This document shows positions 38,964 to 46,877 of a DNA stretch of 48,893 nucleotides, one piece after another. Each line of letters opens with the position of its first letter. Position 1 is the stretch's first letter. The stretch covers positions 1 through 48,893 of the forward strand of contig JBEDND010000146.1 of the NCBI GenBank assembly GCA_041170785.1, read 5' to 3'. Source of the stretch: Bacteroidota bacterium. GTDB taxonomy: Bacteria > Bacteroidota > Bacteroidia > NS11-12g > UBA955. Under the pieces are notes generated by a model. It had not been told where the DNA came from. It saw nothing but the letters and a program-made list of their open reading frames with translations, and made no database searches. Both the position numbers and the translations under genes were made by a program.

Positions 38964-39233
38964 TCAGAAGATGAACTGTTGCACAATGTTTGTGTGTTCA
39001 GCGATTTTGAACAGGAGTTTTTCCCGGCTGTATTTTTTAATTTTTCGTTCCATGATCAGCGCCTCTGTTTTGGAGGGATAAAGAAAAACTGCCACGAGTT
39101 TCCATGGCCCTTTCTGAGCAGTGGAAGCCACTTCATTGTTGTTGTGTTGTAAGATTCTGATTTTGGGCTGAGCAGAAACTCCCTTGTAAAAACGTCCGTT
39201 GTTGTTTTGGATGATGTAGAGGTAAAAGGACAT
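38964..39233 (-). CDS. Stand-alone GIY-YIG nuclease (89 aa, UPF0213/SLX1-like)
   Basis: FYLY and FYKG (GIY and YIG motifs), RILQHN (catalytic Arg and His), GPWKLV and EALIMERKIK (metal-binding Glu). Start set at ATG 39233, below the tRNA terminator. Confidence 0.88.
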   Translation of the reverse strand: MSFYLYIIQNNNGRFYKGVSAQPKIRILQHNNNEVASTAQKGPWKLVAVFLYPSKTEALIMERKIKKYSREKLLFKIAEHTNIVQQFIF

Positions 39234-39249
39234 AAAACATGCAAATGAG

Positions 39250-39283
39250 AAAAAAAGAAAAGCCCCCATTACTGGGGGCTTTT
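39250..39283 (-). terminator. Intrinsic terminator after tRNA-Asp
   Basis: Minus strand AAAAGCCCCCA-GTAA-TGGGGGCTTTT followed by CTTTTTTT. Confidence 0.85.
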
Positions 39284-39294
39284 GCAACGGATTG

Positions 39295-39368
39295 CGGAAC
39301 GGACGGGACTCGAACCCGCGACCTCCGCCGTGACAGGGCGGCATTCTAACCAACTGAACTACCGATCC
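39295..39368 (-). tRNA. tRNA-Asp(GTC)
   Basis: GGATCGGTAGTTCAGTTGGTTAGAATGCCGCCCTGTCACGGCGGAGGTCGCGGGTTCGAGTCCCGTCCGTTCCG folds as a cloverleaf with anticodon GTC, a GTTCGA T-loop and discriminator G. CCA is not encoded. Confidence 0.97.
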
Positions 39369-39558
39369 GTAAAAGAACAAAGTCGTTAATTTTTAGAGTC
39401 TTGAGGCGACGACCGTTTGACTGTATTTTTAGTAGTTGACTCGAACCCGTCCCTACCCAGTAGGGATGCCAGGGCGGCATGCTGAGCAACTGAACTACCG
39501 ATCCGTAAAAGAACAAAGTCATTAATTTTTAGAGTCTTGAGGCGACGACCGTTTGACT
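39334..39558. repeat. Tandem direct repeat of tRNA leader plus tRNA 5' half (89 bp, 136-bp offset)
   Basis: 39334-39422 versus 39470-39558 differ at 4 positions: 3 in the D-arm region and 1 in the 54-bp leader. Confidence 0.95.
39435..39504 (-). pseudogene. Pseudo-tRNA-Asp (repeat A) with the anticodon-stem 3' strand and variable loop replaced by a palindrome and the acceptor 3' strand missing
   Basis: Minus strand reads GGATCGGTAGTTCAGTTGCTCAGCATGCCGCCCTG-GCA-TCCCTAC-TGG-GTAGGGA-CGGGTTCGAGTC-AAC. Confidence 0.85.
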
Positions 39559-39596
39559 TACCTGCTTCTTTTCAGGGTTTTCCCCATACGGGAGTG

Positions 39597-39604
39597 CAAA
39601 GATA
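39597..39604 (-). promoter_or_regulatory. -7 promoter element of the tRNA-Asp locus
   Basis: Exact TATCTTTG upstream of the first leader copy. Confidence 0.7.
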
Positions 39605-39635
39605 AAAAACCTGTTTCCAAAATTGCAAGTCGATT

Positions 39636-40844
39636 TCAGAAATCCGAAGATTTTTTTGTGTTAGGTGTGAAAAACCTGAGAAACAACAAGCCAAGAAACG
39701 CTGCGGTTGCACTGGCAATGAGGATGCTAATCTTTCCTGTTTGAATGAACGTTACATCATGAAAAGCGAGGTTGGCAATGAAAATGGACATCGTAAAACC
39801 TATTCCTGCCAGCATACCCGATCCCAATACGTGGGCGAATCTTACACCTTTTCCTAGTTTTGTAAAGCCCAGCCAATTACTCGCATAGGCGAACAAGGTT
39901 ATTCCCAATGGTTTACCAATGAGCAAGCCTAGGAAAATGCCCATGCTTTCCGGATTTCCAAGAGATTCCATGATTTCAGATTCAAGGATTAAAGCAGTGT
40001 TTGCAAGGGCAAAAAGTGGAATGATGATGAACCCTACCGGTTGATGCAACGCATGTTGGAGTTTGTAGGAAACACTCCCTTTCGTGCCTTGTTCAAAAGG
40101 AATAACAAATGCGAGTAAAACACCTGTAATTGTGGCATGAATGCCGGAATGCATCATGAATATCCACATCAGCAAGCCCGCAGGTAGGTATATCCACAAA
40201 TTCGTGATGCCGCGTTTGGCGAGTATGAAGAGGAAAGCCAGAATGGCCATGGCTAAACCAAAATACAACAGTGAAAATCCATGCCCATAAAAAATGGCAA
40301 TCACGAGAATGGCACCAAGGTCATCAATAATGGCCAATGCAGTGAGGAATACTTTTATACTCAGGGGAACCCGGCCACCTACAAAACTCATGATGGCAAT
40401 GGCAAAGGCGATATCAGTTGCCGTAGGAATTCCAATGCCGCTTAAGGTGTCCGTGCCACGGTTGAACAACCAGTAAATCAATGCGGGAACAATCATTCCC
40501 CCTACAGCTCCGATAACAGGCAACAGCGCACGCTTTCGATCGCTTAGTTCACCGATGTACAATTCACGTTCAATTTCCAATCCAACCATTAAAAAAAAGA
40601 TGGTCATCAATCCATCATTAATCCAATTGGCGATGCTCAGATTAAAGTCCAACGGTCCCAAATTGAAACCCAACTTGTATTCCCAAATAGAAGCATAAGT
40701 ACTTCCGATGCTGCTGTTTGCAATCAATAATGATATGACCGTACAGACAAAGAGCAGAATGCCAGATACCTTTTCGCTTTTTAGAAAGTCTTTGAATAGT
40801 GCGGTTAATCTCAGAGACCTCTTGCTGTTTTTTCCACCGGACAT
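39636..40844 (-). CDS. nhaA: Na+/H+ antiporter NhaA
   Basis: WINDGLMTIFFLMVGLEIERE, IPTATDIAFA, LAIIDDLGA, SGIHATITGV, LIGKPLGI and GIGFTMSIFI motifs. Confidence 0.97.
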   Translation of the reverse strand: MSGGKNSKRSLRLTALFKDFLKSEKVSGILLFVCTVISLLIANSSIGSTYASIWEYKLGFNLGPLDFNLSIANWINDGLMTIFFLMVGLEIERELYIGELSDRKRALLPVIGAVGGMIVPALIYWLFNRGTDTLSGIGIPTATDIAFAIAIMSFVGGRVPLSIKVFLTALAIIDDLGAILVIAIFYGHGFSLLYFGLAMAILAFLFILAKRGITNLWIYLPAGLLMWIFMMHSGIHATITGVLLAFVIPFEQGTKGSVSYKLQHALHQPVGFIIIPLFALANTALILESEIMESLGNPESMGIFLGLLIGKPLGITLFAYASNWLGFTKLGKGVRFAHVLGSGMLAGIGFTMSIFIANLAFHDVTFIQTGKISILIASATAAFLGLLFLRFFTPNTKKSSDF

Positions 40845-40848
40845 GCGG

Positions 40849-40886
40849 CAAAATTAAAGGTTTGATTCAAGCGGACTCTATTTTTG
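40849..40886. promoter_or_regulatory. Divergent -7 elements for nhaA and ribD
   Basis: TAATTTTG (minus, 40849-40856) and TATTTTTG (plus, 40879-40886), each exactly 4 nt from its ATG. Confidence 0.6.
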
Positions 40887-40890
40887 AAGG

Positions 40891-41922
40891 ATGGTCGATG
40901 AACGGCTTCACAATTTGTGGATGCGTCGCTGTTTTGAACTGGCGCAACGCGGCTTGGGATCAACTGCGCCAAATCCGTTGGTCGGATGTGTGGTGGTGCA
41001 GGATAACCGCATCATCGGCGAAGGTTGGCACCAAAAATACGGTGGCCCTCATGCTGAAGTTGCGGCAATAACTTCTTCCGGCTTGTCCCAAATTCCTTCA
41101 GATGCTACCGTTTATTTGAACCTGGAACCTTGCGCCCATTTTGGCAAAACACCTCCATGTGCCAATATGCTGGTGGAATTTGGCGCCAAACATGTGGTTA
41201 CAGCCATGCAGGATCCTTTTCCTGCTGTTCAGGGTAAAGGCTTACAAATACTCCGCGCAGCCGGTGTTGTTGTAGAAACAGATGTGCTTTCTGAAGAAGC
41301 CAGATGGCTCAACCGCCGGTTTGTGAGTGCGGTGATCCAAAAGCGGCCCTGGATTATTCTTAAATGGGCCGAAACAGCCGATGGTTTTATGGCTGATCTG
41401 CAAGTGCAACGCCGTCAAATTTCCGGCGCAGCCGCCCAAATCCTGCTGCATCAATGGCGCTCAGAAGAAGGTGCCTTTCTCATTGGAAGAACAACGGCCC
41501 AATCGGATCGTGCCTTATTGACCAATCGTTTCTTTGGGAGCCGTCAGCCCTTGCGCCTGGTGGCCGATCCTCAACTTTCCCTGAACCTTGACCTGCCCAT
41601 CTTCAATGACCATGCGCACACCTGGATCCTCAATGAACACAAGTCGCATGAAGTGGATCACCTGCGCTGGGTTGCCTACGGTGATGATTTTTTTGGGGTG
41701 TTGTTTGCACGGCTGCTCGAAGCCGGAATCCAATCGCTGGTGGTGGAAGGAGGTCCGGAAACGCTACAGCGCTTCATCGCTGCGGGTTATGTAGATGAAG
41801 TCCGCATCATTCGATCAAGAAGGCAATATTGGAGCCATGGAATTCCAGCTCCGGTGGTGCATGGAACCCTGAAGGAATCCATCCAGTTAAAAGAGGATGA
41901 AGTCCTCACCTTTGTGCTATGA
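40891..41922 (+). CDS. ribD: Bifunctional riboflavin deaminase/reductase RibD
   Basis: PNPLVGCVVV, HAE, LEPCAHFGKTPPC, LKWAETADG and LVVEGG motifs. Confidence 0.96.
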   Translation: MVDERLHNLWMRRCFELAQRGLGSTAPNPLVGCVVVQDNRIIGEGWHQKYGGPHAEVAAITSSGLSQIPSDATVYLNLEPCAHFGKTPPCANMLVEFGAKHVVTAMQDPFPAVQGKGLQILRAAGVVVETDVLSEEARWLNRRFVSAVIQKRPWIILKWAETADGFMADLQVQRRQISGAAAQILLHQWRSEEGAFLIGRTTAQSDRALLTNRFFGSRQPLRLVADPQLSLNLDLPIFNDHAHTWILNEHKSHEVDHLRWVAYGDDFFGVLFARLLEAGIQSLVVEGGPETLQRFIAAGYVDEVRIIRSRRQYWSHGIPAPVVHGTLKESIQLKEDEVLTFVL

Positions 41923-42794
41923 TCTGGCTCATTTGTTCCATCTTGCTTTCGGCATCGCTGATGCTCTTGTTCCGATGGTTCTCCAAAGTTGGCATTCATA
42001 CCCAAACGGCCATCGTGGTGAACTATTTCGTATGCATGGTTACAGGTACGGCCCTCGCTGGTAAAAACCACATCTTTCACGTCGATTTGCCAGGTAAGCC
42101 TTGGTTCTGGCCTTGTTTGCTGCTGGGCATTTTGTTCATTTTGGTATTCAGTGCCATGGGGAAATCTGCACGCATTGCAGGAAGCGCTTTAACCGCCATG
42201 GCCTCGAAAATGGGCTTGCTCATTCCGGTGTTCATGGCCGTGTTGTTTTTGGGTGAAGCCTGGAATTGGACCATTATTCCGGGCTTGTTGTGCACCCTCT
42301 TTGCCTTGGTGATGTTAAATCCCGGGCGCAATGGTGCGGGTTCCCAAATGGACATACAGGCGCTGATTGTGCTTCTGGTGGTGTTCTTCGGTTCCGGTTT
42401 TGTAGATGCAGGCGTGAAGCTCATCCAGCATTTTTATTTGGCAGAAAGCAGCGCCGATGAAACCATTACACTTATTTTTTCAGGAGCCTTTATCACCGGA
42501 CTTTTTCAGCAATTGCTCAAAAAGAAATCAGCCGAAAATAAACTCAGTTTGAAAGATCTGGGCGGAGGCGTGTTGTTGGGCGTGTGCAATTACGGTTCCA
42601 TGTACACGCTGATGCAGGCTTTGAATACCAGCGGACTTCCCGGATCGTTTTTGTTTCCGGTGAATAACCTCGGAGTGGTCATGGTAACTACTGCTGCAGC
42701 CATGCTCCTGTTCCGGGAACTGCTTACACGCCGGCAATGGCTGGGCCTGAGCTGCGCCGCCGTTGCCATTTTGCTGCTCAGCATAGGCGCGTAA
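41919..42794 (+). CDS. EamA/DMT family membrane transporter
   Basis: About ten TM helices in two repeats, AIVVNY and FPVNNLGVV motifs; ATGA overlap with ribD. Confidence 0.8.
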   Translation: MIWLICSILLSASLMLLFRWFSKVGIHTQTAIVVNYFVCMVTGTALAGKNHIFHVDLPGKPWFWPCLLLGILFILVFSAMGKSARIAGSALTAMASKMGLLIPVFMAVLFLGEAWNWTIIPGLLCTLFALVMLNPGRNGAGSQMDIQALIVLLVVFFGSGFVDAGVKLIQHFYLAESSADETITLIFSGAFITGLFQQLLKKKSAENKLSLKDLGGGVLLGVCNYGSMYTLMQALNTSGLPGSFLFPVNNLGVVMVTTAAAMLLFRELLTRRQWLGLSCAAVAILLLSIGA

Positions 42795-42805
42795 ATGTGC
42801 GGCGT

Positions 42806-44020
42806 TCAGCGGCAGATGTTGCGAATAGACTGCTTCACCGCCCATGTAGTGTACCACCACAAGATGGCCGACACCAGCAATACCAGCACGATGGATTCCC
42901 AAGATGGCCAAAGGCTGGTTTCAAATCCTTTTTCTCCCAAGAAGTTCCCCATCCAAACTTGTGCAGTTGCCATGCCCAGGATGGAAATTAATGTGATGCT
43001 TGCGAGCATGCGCGTAAACGAACCTGCGATGGGCGCTGCTATCGCGCGCGGCGTGTATCCAATGAGAAACAACACGCGGATGTCACGGGCAGCGCGATAG
43101 GCAAGTATTTGACTGAACTGAATCAATCCGAGCAACGACAACAAAACCACCAGAATGCCAAGTCCCAATACGATGCTCAGCACCACCAGCAGCAAGGTGT
43201 TGAGCCTGGATGTTTTCAATTTATCGCCACCGGCTATTTCGTAGGTTTGTTCCGAAAAAAAGCGACTTATTTCAGGAGAAGCAGGGTCTTCGGCGGCAAC
43301 AATCAGCCGGTCAGGAAGGTCTTTACTGCCGGTGCCATATTCCGTATTTGCCCAGCTTAAAAAAGCGTCCGGAACCAAAACCGAAGGTACGCGCTCGGTA
43401 AACCCGGCGATGTAAGCTTTGTAATATGCCGATTTCCCCCGACCTGTGATCAACACATCGAACCGGATGTTTTTCAGCACTGATTCAGGCACAATAGGCA
43501 AGCCCTGACCTCGGGCAAAGCCGAAATTGTACATTTTGAGGTAATCGGAAGGTATGATCATGGGTAGCTCGGCGTCGCCAGGTTGCCAATCCCACGAAAT
43601 GTCTTCCAGTTCCAGAAAACCATCGGGTACCGACTCGAAAAACAAGTCTGTCGTTAAACCCGGAATTTCCGAACCCATGCCGGCGTTAAACTGGGCACGC
43701 ACCTTAAATGAACTGCTTCTGAAGGAGCCAATCTTACTGATACCCTTAACTTGTTGAAGCGATGCAATATCTTGTGGCGAAAACCGTCCGGCTGAACCGG
43801 AAATGGTGTTCAGCAGCGAGACCTTTTTGTTGATGACCAGATAATCAGCACCTAGCAGGTCTTTTTGTCGGGATAAGATTTTGTGGAAGGTGAGGTAAGC
43901 CTGGCTGCAGGTTCCCAGCAGAAACAAACCGGCAAAAGCTCCGCACAGGGCCAGGACAAGCTGTTTCTTGCTGCCAGAACTGTTGATGAGCTGATGCAAT
44001 AAACCTTTCTGCTGTTTCAT
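42806..44020 (-). CDS. FtsX/MacB-like ABC transporter permease
   Basis: One TM helix, a large periplasmic domain and three more TM helices; DYLVINKKVS, LFFESVPD, YLKMYNFGFA and LFLIGY motifs. Coupled to the ATPase gene. Confidence 0.75.
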   Translation of the reverse strand: MKQQKGLLHQLINSSGSKKQLVLALCGAFAGLFLLGTCSQAYLTFHKILSRQKDLLGADYLVINKKVSLLNTISGSAGRFSPQDIASLQQVKGISKIGSFRSSSFKVRAQFNAGMGSEIPGLTTDLFFESVPDGFLELEDISWDWQPGDAELPMIIPSDYLKMYNFGFARGQGLPIVPESVLKNIRFDVLITGRGKSAYYKAYIAGFTERVPSVLVPDAFLSWANTEYGTGSKDLPDRLIVAAEDPASPEISRFFSEQTYEIAGGDKLKTSRLNTLLLVVLSIVLGLGILVVLLSLLGLIQFSQILAYRAARDIRVLFLIGYTPRAIAAPIAGSFTRMLASITLISILGMATAQVWMGNFLGEKGFETSLWPSWESIVLVLLVSAILWWYTTWAVKQSIRNICR

Positions 44021-44658
44021 ACGCTGAGGTGTTGGAAGGTATGCGGCAGGCGGTGGTCCTGGTCCAAGCCGGTAATCAATACTGCTGCATTCTGCCCTGC
44101 GGCCTGTTCCATTACCAATTCAAGCACCAGGTCTGCATTGGCGCGGTCTAAATGGCTTGTCGGTTCGTCTAAAAGCAAGTATTGAAAAGGCTGGCACAAA
44201 GCCCTGACCACGGCAACTCGTTGCTGTTGGCCCATGCTCAATTGTCCGCATGGTTTTTCCAGATATGGCGCCAGTCCAAGCCGTTCAGCCATGGATATTG
44301 CCTGACTCATGGAGTGCGAAGTTTCAAGGTCACATTTCAATTTCAGGTTGTCATGCGCGCTCAGTTGCGGAAACAACTTCAAATCCTGAAACACACAGGC
44401 AAAGGTGTTTTGTCGCAGTATGGACCAGTCAACGGCATTCAGTACAGAAGCCGGCCGGCCGTTAATTTCATATTTGCCGCTGTAATCATGCCGAATGCCG
44501 TAGGCAATATTGACGAGGGTTGATTTCCCCCGTCCTGATGAGGCGATGATGGCGAAATGATTTCCGGGATGAACCTCCAGCCTTGAGCGCCAAACACTGT
44601 TTTGTGCGGCCTGTTCAGCCAGTGGAACAGGAAGGATATGGTCAAATATCAGCGTCAT
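44017..44658 (-). CDS. ABC transporter ATP-binding protein
   Basis: Walker A ASSGRGKST, Q-loop VFQ, signature LSMGQQQR and Walker B LLLDEPTSHLD. Start set at ATG 44658. Confidence 0.9.
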   Translation of the reverse strand: MTLIFDHILPVPLAEQAAQNSVWRSRLEVHPGNHFAIIASSGRGKSTLVNIAYGIRHDYSGKYEINGRPASVLNAVDWSILRQNTFACVFQDLKLFPQLSAHDNLKLKCDLETSHSMSQAISMAERLGLAPYLEKPCGQLSMGQQQRVAVVRALCQPFQYLLLDEPTSHLDRANADLVLELVMEQAAGQNAAVLITGLDQDHRLPHTFQHLSV

Positions 44659-46216
44659 TTTTTGCGGCCTCAAGGACCATATCCAGAATTTGCGCAAGGG
44701 CGTTTTCCTTCTGATCCTTCATCACCAGTTTGAGGGTGCTGTGCTCTGAGTTGCCGCTGGCCACTACGTGTGAAAAACGTTTCATGTTGCGCACAACAAC
44801 TGCCTGCTCCCGCGATGATAAGTTTTGTTCCAGCATCCAGTAGGGGAAATGATCTTCATCGAAATCAATCCAAAATTGAAATGGTTGATCAAAGAAATCA
44901 TCCGTCAGCCGCTTGTCACGCCAAATCTTATAGCTTCCGTCGTGGTGAAGGCCTGAAACAAGTTTCATCATACCGTTCTCTTTATTCAAGGCAATGGGTA
45001 ATGGTGTCGCTGTTTGTGGTGCCTCTGTTTCATCAAATGAATAGGCCGAAGAATTGTGCGCAAGGCGTTGCATATAGCTATTCAAACCCAGGTTAAACAG
45101 GGCCAGTGATGAGTCGAGTTTTGGCGACTGTTCAGCCAAACCAACGCGCATGGCCATACCCAGATTTCCGGAAAGCAGTGGATTGTCCATATTCGGAACG
45201 CTTGGACGCCCCTGATTCCACATTTGCATACTGAAACCATTGCCCAATTCTTTCAGGTACGACATGAATTCTGAATTCATCATTCCTGAGCCAAAGGATT
45301 CCGCATTATTCTTGTCTTGAAGCAAGAATTCCATCATGGGATTGATTTTCAGCGCATACGACATGTGGAAAAATGGCACGATGCCGTTGGGTGTCGTGCT
45401 GAATGATTTTTCTGATTTAGACGCAAGGAATGACTTGGCGCCTTTCTGTACGCCTTCCATCAATATTTCGCCATCCTTGAATTCCAGAGTTCCTCCGGCA
45501 AAATCGCCAAACATTTTGCTTTGGAAGGGGGTAAATCCACCGCGCATGGATTCCAGTGCATCTGAAAGCGTTTTCCCATTGACGCAGAAAGAAACAGCAG
45601 CTTTTTTGTTGAGGATGTCAGCCATTTCTTCTTTGGAACTGATGTTGGCGTCATAAGTCAGATTCAGGTGGTCGCTGATCAGATCCTTCTGGCGACGGCC
45701 ACGCATCGACAGGATCATCAACACTTCATTATTCCATCCCCAATATTCGGAACTGCTGACCTTCATGAAGTACTGATTGTCTTCGAGGTTAATGTCTTCA
45801 TGGTCTTTGACACGATCGTTGATGCAGCCTTTCAGCTGGTTGGGGTCGTTTACCGACAGCAAAATGGCTGTGTAGGTAATGCCTTTTTCAGCGCGCATAA
45901 ACACGTAGGACGGCTTCAGCCAGTTGATGCCTGTTTCTTTCGGATTGCTCATCGCTTGGGAAAGTAATGCGGGGAAGGGGTCAGATTTATCCTTCATGTC
46001 CGCCATGGTTCTTTCAAACGACTCATTCTTTTTTAATGCTTCCAAATCCAATCCCTTAAGGATGGATTTTGGGTCAATTTTCACCACCAGAGAAGCGTTG
46101 TCCGGAATGTACTTTTGAAGCTTGTCACCGCGGCCAGCAAAAAAGATGAAGTAAGAACCTGCGGCCAGAGCAACAAGGCCCACCCCAAGTAAGCTATATT
46201 TGAATATGGGTTTCAT
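44642..46216 (-). CDS. DUF4836-like envelope protein
   Basis: N-terminal hydrophobic anchor followed by YIPDNASLVVKID...NPKETGINWLKPSYVF and C-terminal KENALAQILD; lies upstream of the ABC pair. Start set at ATG 46216. Confidence 0.6.
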   Translation of the reverse strand: MKPIFKYSLLGVGLVALAAGSYFIFFAGRGDKLQKYIPDNASLVVKIDPKSILKGLDLEALKKNESFERTMADMKDKSDPFPALLSQAMSNPKETGINWLKPSYVFMRAEKGITYTAILLSVNDPNQLKGCINDRVKDHEDINLEDNQYFMKVSSSEYWGWNNEVLMILSMRGRRQKDLISDHLNLTYDANISSKEEMADILNKKAAVSFCVNGKTLSDALESMRGGFTPFQSKMFGDFAGGTLEFKDGEILMEGVQKGAKSFLASKSEKSFSTTPNGIVPFFHMSYALKINPMMEFLLQDKNNAESFGSGMMNSEFMSYLKELGNGFSMQMWNQGRPSVPNMDNPLLSGNLGMAMRVGLAEQSPKLDSSLALFNLGLNSYMQRLAHNSSAYSFDETEAPQTATPLPIALNKENGMMKLVSGLHHDGSYKIWRDKRLTDDFFDQPFQFWIDFDEDHFPYWMLEQNLSSREQAVVVRNMKRFSHVVASGNSEHSTLKLVMKDQKENALAQILDMVLEAAKNDADI

Positions 46217-46281
46217 AGCGTTGAGGCCGCAATATCGCAAAACAGAATGAAGCCTTTGACAGCAACTTGTAAAGAATTGCA

Positions 46282-46310
46282 TGCAACCTTTTAGGCCAAA
46301 CCCCGACTAA
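46282..46310 (+). promoter_or_regulatory. Probable autoregulatory ECF promoter
   Basis: TGCAAC-N16-CGACTAA (AAC/CG(T/A)C ECF-type elements), ending 3 nt before the sigma ATG. Confidence 0.55.
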
Positions 46311-46313
46311 TGC

Positions 46314-46877
46314 ATGAACAAAAGGGTGGATGTCATCCAGTCGATTTTATCCGGATGCCGACAAGGGAATCGGAAGGCCCAGCATGAACTATTCTCCATG
46401 TTCGGTCCTCGGATGCTTGGTGTTTGCAGGCGCTATTGCGCCGATCCGGATGATGCCCGAGATGCATTCCAGGAAGGATTCATAAAAGTGTACGCAACCT
46501 TGGAAAAATATCGTGGCGATAGCGCTTTTGAAACCTGGATGACCCGTATTTTCATCAATACGGCCATCGATCATTTCAAGAAAAAACAAAAACTTCAACT
46601 GAAGGAAACAATCTTGCCGGAAGAACTGGACAGCTCCATAGGCGACCCGGATCCCGAAGAATGGTCCTTTCCTTGCAGCCCGGAAGCGGCACTGGAAGCA
46701 CTTGACCAGCTGCCCGCAGGCTACCGCATGGTGTTCAACCTCTACGCGTTGGAAAACATGGGTCATAAAGAAATTGCTGCACTCCTCGGAATATCTGAAG
46801 GCACCAGTAAAAGTCAATATGCGCGGGCCAGGAAATTGCTGCAGCATCTACTCACGCCTAAACCTTCTCAGTATTGA
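46314..46877 (+). CDS. ECF RNA polymerase sigma factor
   Basis: Region 2 DARDAFQEGFIKVY...FETWMTRIFINTAID and region 4 LPAGYRMVFNLYALENMGHKEIAALLGISEGTSKSQY. Confidence 0.95.
   Translation: MNKRVDVIQSILSGCRQGNRKAQHELFSMFGPRMLGVCRRYCADPDDARDAFQEGFIKVYATLEKYRGDSAFETWMTRIFINTAIDHFKKKQKLQLKETILPEELDSSIGDPDPEEWSFPCSPEAALEALDQLPAGYRMVFNLYALENMGHKEIAALLGISEGTSKSQYARARKLLQHLLTPKPSQY

Noticed and set aside
38290-39233. Functional coupling of ruvC and the GIY-YIG nuclease as a junction-processing pair
   Set aside because: Adjacency is adequately explained by ruvC lying downstream of the tRNA locus. The genes are separated by repeat B and an AT-rich spacer, and nothing else in the sequence links them.
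39234-39380. 49-aa N-terminal extension of the GIY-YIG ORF in the ORF track (138 aa)
   Set aside because: It is a translation of the tRNA-Asp gene and its terminator. The nuclease motif starts at ATG 39233.
39435-39504. Pseudo-copy read as a functional tRNA-Ala(GGC) or an intron-containing tRNA
   Set aside because: The anticodon stem 3' strand and acceptor 3' strand are absent and the D-loop GG is lost. Removing the palindrome does not restore a tRNA.
38920-39558. Repeats interpreted as a CRISPR array or as prophage attL/attR sites
   Set aside because: There are only two copies of each repeat, they are tRNA-derived, and there are no regular spacers or cas genes. No integrase or phage genes are present, and the tRNA 3' acceptor end is not duplicated.
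40845-40890. Possible FMN riboswitch upstream of ribD
   Set aside because: The intergenic space is only 46 bp and is occupied by two promoter elements.
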